Origin: Candidatus Saccharimonadota bacterium
GTDB taxonomy: Bacteria > Patescibacteriota > Saccharimonadia > Saccharimonadales > Saccharimonadaceae
NCBI GenBank assembly: GCA_025349965.1
Contig: CP075337.1
Coordinates: 690,001 to 722,000, forward strand
Length of the DNA stretch: 32,000 nucleotides
Direction: 5' to 3'
The position numbers were made by a program, and so were the translations under genes. The notes below the pieces were generated by a model. That model had not been told where the DNA came from. It made no database searches and was given only the letters and a program-made list of their open reading frames with translations. The stretch's first letter is position 1, and every line of letters begins with the position of its first letter. Positions 7,384-14,020 of this stretch are shown here, piece by piece.

Positions 7384-9219
7384 CTAGACACTTTCTTTTG
7401 TTGCAAGTGCCGCGAGGTATGAAGGAAGCTCAGAAAACGCCACCTTCTCCTCACCCGCCTGTGTGCGCACGCTCACCTCTCGTGCCTCAACGTCCTTTGG
7501 ACCAACAATCAGCTGCACTGGAATCTTCATCTTGGTTGCTTCACGAATCTTCTTACCAAGTGATTCGTTGCGGATATCAACAGTGTGACGAATTTCATTA
7601 AACTTCACCGGTGCCATTAGTGGCTCGGCATCAAGCAGCGCGGTAATTTCCTTCACATATGGCTCGACGGTGTCATTAATGGTTAGGATACGCACCTGCT
7701 CCGGGGCTGCCCAGAACGGGAACCAGCCAGCGGTGTGCTCAATAAAGACACTCAAGAAGCGCTCAATAGAACCGAGCAGCGCACAGTGGATCATCACTGG
7801 CTGCGCGGCGTTGCCGTCAGTGTCAATATAACTCAAGCCGAAGCGCTCTGGTTGCACGAAATCAAGCTGTACAGTTGCCACCTGGTGTTCGCGGCCAATG
7901 GCGTCAGTTGCCATGAAGTCAATCTTCGGGCCATAAAAGGCAGCTTCACCTTCTTGTTCAAAGTATTCAAGTTCGTTTGCCTCAACCGCAGCCTTCAACT
8001 GCTTCTGTGCAGATTCCCAGAGTGAAAGCTCACCAAGGTACCCCTCTCCAGAATCACGATAGCTCAGACGAACACGAAGCTTCATACCAATTGAGCCATA
8101 AAGGGTGCGAGCCGCAGCAAGGAGCCCATTAATCTCCTGCTCGATCTGGTCAGGGCGCGCAAACACGTGACTATCATCCTGCGTCAGTGAACGGACTCGG
8201 TTGAGGCCACCGAGCTCACCAGTCTTTTCATCACGGTAATCTGTAGTTGTCTCAATGTAACGCACCGGCATCTCTTTGTAGCTACGCGGCTGTGATGCGT
8301 AAATCTGTGTGTGGTGCGGGCAGTTCATCGGCTTCAAAGCGAAATCATCACTGGTTTCCTGACTCGTAACAAGAAAGAGCTCATCGCCAAACTTTGCCCA
8401 GTGACCTGAAGTTTCATAGAGGTCCTTCTTGGTAATATGTGGTGTCCAGACCTTCTGAAAGCCATGCTTTTGGCGAAGCTGGTTAGAGTACTGCGCCACA
8501 ATGTCACGAAGTACTGTTCCGCGCGGTGTAAAGAGTGGCAAGCCAGCACCAACTAACGGTGAAACGGTATAAAGATCAAGTTCTTTACCAAGTTTACGGT
8601 GGTCACGAAGCTTTGCTTGTTCAAGCCGTTCAAGGTATCGATCCAGCTCTTCTTGGGTTGCGAAGGCTACACCATAAAGCCGCTGCATTTGAGCGTTATC
8701 TTCTTTCCCACGCCAGTAGGCACCGGCTACACGCATGAGCTTAAACGCACCTACCTCTCTAGTAGTTACAGCGTGCGGACCGCGACAGAGGTCAACGAAC
8801 TCACCATTCTTGTAGAAAGAAACCTCTTCAACCGCAGCATCACCGTCAGCTGCAAGCCCCAGCTCGTCAGCGTCAAGATCCTTCGCCACAGTTGTACCTG
8901 AACGCTTTAGGTCATTAAGAAGCTCTTCTTTGTATGGTTGGCTGTTTTCCTTTGCCCATTCAATTGCCTGATCAACCGGCATGGTGAAGCGCTCAAACTC
9001 CTGCCTCTGGTTGATAACGCGGCGCATTTCTTTTTCAATCTTTTTGAAATCAGACTCAGAAATCTTTGTCTCGCCAAGATCAATGTCATAATAAAAACCG
9101 TTTTCTACTACCGGACCAACACCAAATTTAGCGTGTGGCCAGAGTTGCTTTACAGCACTTGCGGTAATGTGCGCAAGGCTGTGGCGCATGGCGTGAAGTT
9201 GTTCGTCGTGTGGGTTCAT
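7384..9219 (-). CDS. thrS: Threonine--tRNA ligase (no N-terminal TGS domain)
   Basis: 611 aa. It starts directly at the editing-domain motif RHSLAHITASAVKQLWP..GPVVENGFYYD. It also has CRGPH, class II motifs (FRDE-like YRDEKTGELGGLNRVRSLTQDDSHVF, GAFYGPKID) and a C-terminal anticodon-binding domain. Confidence 0.96.
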   Translation of the reverse strand: MNPHDEQLHAMRHSLAHITASAVKQLWPHAKFGVGPVVENGFYYDIDLGETKISESDFKKIEKEMRRVINQRQEFERFTMPVDQAIEWAKENSQPYKEELLNDLKRSGTTVAKDLDADELGLAADGDAAVEEVSFYKNGEFVDLCRGPHAVTTREVGAFKLMRVAGAYWRGKEDNAQMQRLYGVAFATQEELDRYLERLEQAKLRDHRKLGKELDLYTVSPLVGAGLPLFTPRGTVLRDIVAQYSNQLRQKHGFQKVWTPHITKKDLYETSGHWAKFGDELFLVTSQETSDDFALKPMNCPHHTQIYASQPRSYKEMPVRYIETTTDYRDEKTGELGGLNRVRSLTQDDSHVFARPDQIEQEINGLLAAARTLYGSIGMKLRVRLSYRDSGEGYLGELSLWESAQKQLKAAVEANELEYFEQEGEAAFYGPKIDFMATDAIGREHQVATVQLDFVQPERFGLSYIDTDGNAAQPVMIHCALLGSIERFLSVFIEHTAGWFPFWAAPEQVRILTINDTVEPYVKEITALLDAEPLMAPVKFNEIRHTVDIRNESLGKKIREATKMKIPVQLIVGPKDVEAREVSVRTQAGEEKVAFSELPSYLAALATKESV

Positions 9220-9442
9220 AGAAGCTCCTTTGGAATAATAAAAAGCACGCGTACCGTAGCTTTGTACTACGTGCGTGCCTTGGTCCCGACAAGTCAGGAG
9301 GTTCCACCTTGGCTATTACTATTGCCGCATTCTTTTTTCGTGTGTCTGCGACCGCTCCCACGCGCTCGGCGGATGGTTAGGCCGCGTCATTGCTAAATCT
9401 ATTATACCATCCGCACGGCTATATATAAAGTAAGGCTTCGGA
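9220..9442 (-). promoter_or_regulatory. thrS leader, candidate T-box-like riboswitch
   Basis: 223 nt between the pilin stop and the thrS ATG. It contains AAGGTGGAACC (complement of 9297-9312), similar to the T-box core AGGGTGGNACC. There is also an ACC-A candidate specifier next to the helix GCGGATGG/CCATCCGC, the terminator above, and TGGTATAAT (an extended -10-like element). See findings. Confidence 0.4.
9240..9279 (-). terminator. Intrinsic terminator hairpin inside the thrS 5' leader (attenuator)
   Basis: Minus strand reads GGCACGCACGTA-GTACAAAGC-TACGGTACGCGTGC followed by TTTTTATTATT. It ends ~20 nt before the thrS ATG, and the SD AAAGGAG lies after it. Any thrS transcript must therefore read through this hairpin. 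Confidence 0.65.
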
Positions 9443-9988
9443 CTAGCACCCAGCGTATGGATGCCAGAAATTTCTCCACACCCCATGCTCAGTATCAAAC
9501 ACTACAACGCCCTGAATACCGCAACCATCCATTACCACATCCGCCGCATCAATGGTGCCCCCAAAATCATATTCATCATCTCTATCTATCCAGACATTCC
9601 ACACAGATGGCCCGTCAAACTTTATGCCAGATTCGGTTACACCAAATACCCTTCCCGTCTGACTCACAGCAAACAAGTACCACCCCCCTTCGCTTTCTAT
9701 CTTAGGATATATAACCATCGAAATGCGCTGATTAGAGAGGAAGGATGGCTTCATATTATCGTTAAGCCACTGCAGCGACTCACACCCACTATACGCCCGG
9801 CAAATCCCCACCCCATCCTCGGCTTGTTTCATAATTATCTTCTTGCCAAACTGGTCAAGTTCCGCCTGCACCGCCGAATCTTGTGCCTTGTTCGTTATTC
9901 CGTTATACGCCACGACAGTTACAGCCGCCAGTACGGCGATAACCACTATTACGATTAAAAGTTCAACGATTGTAAATCCCTTACGCAT
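9443..9988 (-). CDS. Type IV pilin-like protein (orphan)
   Basis: MRKG/FTIVELLIVIVVIAVLAAVTVVAYNGITNKAQDSA, with Glu+5. The ATG at 9988 is preferred (GGGAG 4 nt upstream) over the track start at 10000. The C-terminal head is ~150 aa with five Cys, the last at the C-terminus. Confidence 0.8.
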   Translation of the reverse strand: MRKGFTIVELLIVIVVIAVLAAVTVVAYNGITNKAQDSAVQAELDQFGKKIIMKQAEDGVGICRAYSGCESLQWLNDNMKPSFLSNQRISMVIYPKIESEGGWYLFAVSQTGRVFGVTESGIKFDGPSVWNVWIDRDDEYDFGGTIDAADVVMDGCGIQGVVVFDTEHGVWRNFWHPYAGC

Positions 9989-10105
9989 ACCGCTCCCCAT
10001 ACCCTTTGCTTAAAATTTCAGCCACCTTGCATACAGGGTTGTCAGGAAACACGAAACCCGCCGCTAGGTGGACTTTTACATCCTACAGAGGTTTCCCAAT
10101 GCAAC

Positions 10106-10153
10106 GCGTTAACATACCTGAACGACGGGTTCAGTATTGTTAACGCGATTTTT
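10106..10153 (+). terminator. Long near-perfect hairpin plus U-tract (terminator-like, plus strand)
   Basis: GCGTTAACATACCTGAAC (10106-10123) pairs with GTTCAGTATTGTTAACGC (10129-10146) for ~17 bp with two 1-nt bulges. The loop is GACGG, followed by GATTTTT. No annotated plus-strand gene lies upstream. Confidence 0.45.
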
Positions 10154-10337
10154 CAACCATGCCTTTCGTCTCTCGTGAGACTACTCAGGTTAGGTTGTTT
10201 TTGCCGAATTGTCGCACCGTCACAGACAGGCCATGGGGCGCTTGTGGTTATTTTACCACACGCAACCCATCAAAAATAGCCGGCCCTCCCGGCTTGCCAC
10301 CCCACCCCTATTCTGCTACTATAAATAAGCCCTTTAC

Positions 10338-10414
10338 GGGTCCTTAGCTCATTTGGCTAGAGCGCCACATTGACGTTGTGGAGGTGAGAGGTTCGAATCC
10401 TCTAGGACCCACCA
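10338..10414 (+). tRNA. tRNA-Val (anticodon GAC), CCA encoded
   Basis: Manual cloverleaf: acceptor GGGTCCT/AGGACCC, D stem GCTC/GAGC, anticodon stem CCACA/TGTGG with loop TTGACGT, T arm AGAGG-TTCGAAT-CCTCT, then A-CCA. Confidence 0.95.
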
Positions 10415-10424
10415 AATGCATTTC

Positions 10425-10450
10425 AACACTCCTGAACGGGAGTGTTTTTT
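10425..10450 (+). terminator. Rho-independent terminator after tRNA-Val
   Basis: AACACTCC-TGAACG-GGAGTGTT followed by a T run. Confidence 0.8.
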
Positions 10451-10558
10451 ATTTTCGCGTTATTTTCCCACAAGCATAAAAAGTTTTCCACGTGGGCAAA
10501 TACCCCTGTTTGAATATCCGTATATCATGCATGATATTTCACGTGAATACCTGTTCTA

Positions 10559-10587
10559 TTGACAAAATTAGACGCTTATGCTAATAT
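10559..10587 (+). promoter_or_regulatory. Near-consensus sigma-70 promoter
   Basis: TTGACA (10559-10564), 17 nt spacer, TGC-TAATAT (extended -10, hexamer 10582-10587). An ATG follows 6 nt after the -10 hexamer. Confidence 0.65.
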
Positions 10588-10593
10588 AAAGAC

Positions 10594-10740
10594 ATGAGTA
10601 CAGCTCAACAGATTAAAACAAACACTACACACCATTCAAATCCAGCACGTACGTCGTCTTTAGAGCGTCTATCGCTTGGCTTTGAGTACAATAAAACACT
10701 CCGCGACATTAAGCGTGAAGTGCGCGAACGTACAATGTAG
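10594..10740 (+). CDS. Hypothetical 48-aa protein, predicted leaderless
   Basis: Below the track cutoff; translated by hand as MSTAQQIKTNTTHHSNPARTSSLERLSLGFEYNKTLRDIKREVRERTM*. The ATG sits at the predicted transcription start of the consensus promoter. There is no SD and no recognisable family. Confidence 0.35.
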   Translation: MSTAQQIKTNTTHHSNPARTSSLERLSLGFEYNKTLRDIKREVRERTM

Positions 10741-10953
10741 CCCGAGCCCTATTGCTTAGTGCTATCTGGTAGTAATGAAAGAGAAGCGCGTGCGTTGTAT
10801 GCACAGTAGGTCGCGATTCGATTATCCACCGCCTTCCACCAGTTATCACCGAACAATACTCCGGCAAACCCGTTCCAGTACATGTAGTTGTACTCGCCCA
10901 TCTCCTTATGTTCTAGAGAAGTTTCTGCGCAAAAACACCTTCTCTTCGGACAT

Positions 10954-10988
10954 AAAAAACACCCCGCATGCAAACGGGGTGTTTTTTA
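10954..10988. terminator. Bidirectional rho-independent terminator (downstream of the GT2 gene)
   Basis: AAAAAACACCCCG-CATGCAAA-CGGGGTGTTTTTT, starting 12 nt after the GT2 stop on the minus strand. Confidence 0.8.
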
Positions 10989-10999
10989 TTACAAGAGGA

Positions 11000-12679
11000 T
11001 TACTTCTTGCGTGTTTTATCTTTCTTCTTAAGACGACTCTCTTGAGTATCAACCGTCACCTTCTTTGTGACATCAAACTTCGTGAGATACTTACCAAGGA
11101 AGAGGCGCGCCTGTGAATTGAGTGCCGCGAACGAAAGGAAGCCTATTGCAGTTAACGGCATCATCACCCACTGCACGAGCATCCAGAAGTTGCGCGTACG
11201 CTTATAGCGCTCTGGGCGCGGTGGCAATAGCTTAAATGAGAGGAAAACCATCACGACGATACCAACGAGAGCAATGCGTTGCACTACACTAACCGTATCT
11301 GGAAGTTGATGCGCAACGAGATCGCGATAGGCATGCGAGTTAAGAAGTAACGGAACCCATCCCCCGACCGCAACAATAATAGAAACACTAGCTGCGGTGA
11401 CATAGCCGTCGAGATTACGGATGAACCAGATAAACCCAGGCCAGAACGGTGCGCGGCGACGCTTTGTAAAGACATGGAGCGCAACATACGGCACATCTGA
11501 CGCCCCGTACATCCAGCGGCGAAGTTGGATAAACTGCGCCTTGAATGACTTGAGGTACGAATCACCCAGTACCGCATCTTGATAGATTGGGATGTAGATT
11601 GGGTGTACCGAATAATTACCGTTGAAATAGAAATAACTGCGCCAGAAGTGGTGACCATCCTCCACCACCGTACGAGTGCTCCAGAAATCCATCTCTACTA
11701 GCGCATCCATTGGCTGCGAGTGAGAAGCGAAATTACGGAGAATGTGCGGACGCATACTGGAAATAATATTCCAGAAGGTATTACCCGTTGCCACCACACG
11801 CATTGGCGCTGGCACATCCCAGATGTTGTTCATAAAGAGCGCAATTGGCTGGTAGGCAAGGTGTTTGCGATCTTCGTTGGCGATGTACTCATAAGTGACG
11901 TAGTCAAAGTAACTGCGATGAGGGCGGTTGTCGGAGTCGAGCGTAGTTATGATAACTTGGCGATGTTCTATCCCCTGCTTATCAACCCATTCACGCATCT
12001 TCTTGCCGGCAAACGTGATATTTCCCCCCTTACCAACCACTTCATTAGGAAGATTGCGCGGGTGTTTAATTGCCTGGAATGTAAGGAACGTGTTTTTATA
12101 TTCCTTGGCAAGCTTTTGGGCAGTGGCTTCCATATCTGCGCCGCCACGCTCTTCGTAGGCAAGCGCAATCATGAGTTGCTTATTATCATAGTGGGATGCT
12201 ACGAGCGACTCAATAGTCGGCTTCAGCACACTATAGGGTTCATCATAGGCTGCAATAATCACCATATTGTAGAGTTCAGACGGCTTCGGGAAGGTCCCAG
12301 GCGCAGCTGCTGCCATCAGACGAAGATTTTCAAGGTGTTGAACGGTACCAAACTCCCTCTTTTTGATATCTTTCTCTGCTTCGTAGGATACTTCTGGATT
12401 TTCAAGCTGCGCAAGCCGCTCTGCCCAATCTACCCGTTGCGCCATCACAAGCCGACGATGACCCTGAAGTGTGTGATAGATAATCCCCACTGCTCGTACG
12501 AGAAGGACGATAAGAATAAGCATCAAATACACCGCCGCAAGGAGTGGTGATACGAGCGAAAGAACAATCAGAAGCACGAAAGCCCCATAGCTCAAGATGG
12601 CTGGGACCATTTCAAAGAAACGATAGAATTTTGTTCGCTTACCTAGAGGGAGTTCAAAATCAGGAGGCGTGGTGTTCAT
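11000..12679 (-). CDS. Processive family-2 glycosyltransferase, integral membrane (cellulose/chitin/hyaluronan-synthase-like architecture)
   Basis: About 559 aa from the ATG at 12679; the track start at 12727 is a TTG that overlaps the upstream gene. Two N-terminal TM helices, then a GT-A domain with IIAAYDE, TLDSD (DxD), VVEDGHH (TED-like) and QLRRWMYG (QxxRW). Several C-terminal TM helices and a Lys-rich tail follow. Confidence 0.85.
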   Translation of the reverse strand: MNTTPPDFELPLGKRTKFYRFFEMVPAILSYGAFVLLIVLSLVSPLLAAVYLMLILIVLLVRAVGIIYHTLQGHRRLVMAQRVDWAERLAQLENPEVSYEAEKDIKKREFGTVQHLENLRLMAAAAPGTFPKPSELYNMVIIAAYDEPYSVLKPTIESLVASHYDNKQLMIALAYEERGGADMEATAQKLAKEYKNTFLTFQAIKHPRNLPNEVVGKGGNITFAGKKMREWVDKQGIEHRQVIITTLDSDNRPHRSYFDYVTYEYIANEDRKHLAYQPIALFMNNIWDVPAPMRVVATGNTFWNIISSMRPHILRNFASHSQPMDALVEMDFWSTRTVVEDGHHFWRSYFYFNGNYSVHPIYIPIYQDAVLGDSYLKSFKAQFIQLRRWMYGASDVPYVALHVFTKRRRAPFWPGFIWFIRNLDGYVTAASVSIIVAVGGWVPLLLNSHAYRDLVAHQLPDTVSVVQRIALVGIVVMVFLSFKLLPPRPERYKRTRNFWMLVQWVMMPLTAIGFLSFAALNSQARLFLGKYLTKFDVTKKVTVDTQESRLKKKDKTRKK

Positions 12680-12689
12680 TATGTAATTA

Positions 12690-13070
12690 TTATACCGGTG
12701 ACCAGACGTTAATAATAGAAGCGGCAATCACCCACGTAAAGATGAGCACGCCTATACCTGTCCATGCAACAAGAAGCGCCATGTGGTACCCCTTGAGGTC
12801 GTACATCTTAATAGTAAGTGCGATGTGAGCGATTGCGGCAATGAGCGCAAACCCACCAAAGGCAAAAAGATAGAACCATTGGTCGCGGTAGAGGTGGGCC
12901 ACGCCAAATGCCGTGTAGTGCGTTACGAGAGGCACTTCACTTGGGTGCACAGTGACGGCAATATAAATAATAAAGGCTATCGCCAAAAGAAGCGTCACTC
13001 CCGCGAGCACAGTAAGTGTACGGTGTGCAAAAAGCTCTTTTAATGATGACTTAATAATGTGTTTTACCAT
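12690..13070 (-). CDS. Small hydrophobic membrane protein (3 predicted TM), unknown function
   Basis: 126 aa with an ATG start. Three long hydrophobic segments. Its stop is 10 nt upstream of the GT2 start. No motif recognised. Confidence 0.55.
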   Translation of the reverse strand: MVKHIIKSSLKELFAHRTLTVLAGVTLLLAIAFIIYIAVTVHPSEVPLVTHYTAFGVAHLYRDQWFYLFAFGGFALIAAIAHIALTIKMYDLKGYHMALLVAWTGIGVLIFTWVIAASIINVWSPV

Positions 13071-13093
13071 AATTGTGTATCGTATATAAAATG

Positions 13094-13169
13094 TGGAGCC
13101 GTTATCCGGGATTGAACCGGAGACCTACGCTTTACGAAAGCGCCGCTCTACCAGCTGAGCTATAACGGC
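13094..13169 (-). tRNA. tRNA-Thr (anticodon CGU), CCA encoded
   Basis: The reverse complement folds as acceptor GCCGTTA/TAACGGC, D stem GCTC/GAGC, anticodon stem GCGCT/AGCGT with loop TTCGTAA, T arm TCCGG-TTCAATC-CCGGA, discriminator U, then CCA. Confidence 0.95.
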
Positions 13170-13291
13170 ACGATCTCCTCTTAGTATACCATAGACACCC
13201 CTCTTGAATGGAAGCAAAAACATGGAAGTATCTCCGTTAAACTACTTGCGCACCCCTCTGTAAAATGCTATGATGGACAAGTAGCAAATTT

Positions 13292-13369
13292 GGGCTCGTA
13301 GTGAAGTTGGTCCATCACGCCTCCCTGTCACGGAGGAGATCGCCGGTTCGAATCCGGTCGGGCCCGCCA
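13292..13369 (+). tRNA. tRNA-Asp (anticodon GUC), CCA encoded
   Basis: Acceptor GGGCTCG/CGGGCCC (one G-U pair), D stem GTGA/TCAC, anticodon stem CCTCC/GGAGG with loop CTGTCAC, T arm GCCGG-TTCGAAT-CCGGT, then G-CCA. Upstream promoter-like element TTGCGC-17-TGCTATGAT. Confidence 0.95.
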
Positions 13370-13380
13370 AATTGCATTTA

Positions 13381-13408
13381 AAAATACCCCTTTCCGGGGT
13401 ATTTTATT
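13381..13408. terminator. Bidirectional terminator between tRNA-Asp and sodA
   Basis: AAATACCCC-TTTCC-GGGGTATTT flanked by A and T runs. Confidence 0.75.
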
Positions 13409-14020
13409 TTATTCTGCCTTAAACCGTTCAGAGACAAATGCCCAGTTCACAACGTCCCACCAAGCATCCACGTAGTCTTTACGTGCTGCGTAGTAATCAA
13501 GGTAATACGCGTGCTCCCAGACGTCAAGCCCAAGCAGCGGTGCCGGGCCACCATTCATCAATTCAGAATCCTGATTTGGTGACGTAGTAATTTCAAGATT
13601 TGGCTGAAGCCATACCCACCCACTTCCAAAAAGGCCAAGCGCCTTAGCGGTGAATTCTTCCTTGAATGCATCAATACTTCCATACTTTGCCTCAAGCGCC
13701 TCGCGAAGCTCAGTGGACATAGCCGAACCACCCGGTGTCATGAATTTCCAGAAAAGCGAGTGGTTGTAGTGACCACCACCGTTATTGCGCACGGCAGCAC
13801 GAACGCTATTTGGCAGTGAATCAAGTGAACTAAGGAGGTGCTCAAGTGTCGCCTCCTCAGTATCGAAAGAATCTACACCGAGGCCCTCAAGTGCTGCGTT
13901 CAGCTTTGTTACATATGCAGCGTGGTGCGTATCATGATGAAGTTTCATAATTGCTTCACTAATTGCTGGCTGCAAGGCATCGTATGCGTATGGTAATGCA
14001 GGTACACTAAACTGTGTCAT
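13409..14020 (-). CDS. sodA: Fe/Mn superoxide dismutase
   Basis: 203 aa: LPALPYAYDALQP.IS...M.LHH.THH..YV, and near the C-terminus LGLDVWEHAYYLDY. Confidence 0.96.
   Translation of the reverse strand: MTQFSVPALPYAYDALQPAISEAIMKLHHDTHHAAYVTKLNAALEGLGVDSFDTEEATLEHLLSSLDSLPNSVRAAVRNNGGGHYNHSLFWKFMTPGGSAMSTELREALEAKYGSIDAFKEEFTAKALGLFGSGWVWLQPNLEITTSPNQDSELMNGGPAPLLGLDVWEHAYYLDYYAARKDYVDAWWDVVNWAFVSERFKAE

Noticed and set aside
10159-10347. 62-aa ORF in the 10.0-10.34 kb intergenic region
   Set aside because: It runs into the tRNA-Val gene, has a Pro/Gly/Thr-rich composition, and has no SD. The region is more consistent with non-coding RNA or regulatory DNA.
10749-10973. 74-aa minus-strand ORF (aromatic-rich, MGEYNYMYWNGFAGVLFGDNWW...) convergent with the 48-aa ORF
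   Set aside because: The track start is a TTG inside the loop of the GT2 terminator. The first internal ATG (10901) has AAGGAG directly abutting it (zero spacing), and the next ATG is 18 nt from that SD. It cannot be excluded as a small peptide gene, but support is too weak to call. The overlapping plus-strand ORF 10775-11116 reads through the terminator into the GT2 gene and is rejected as well.
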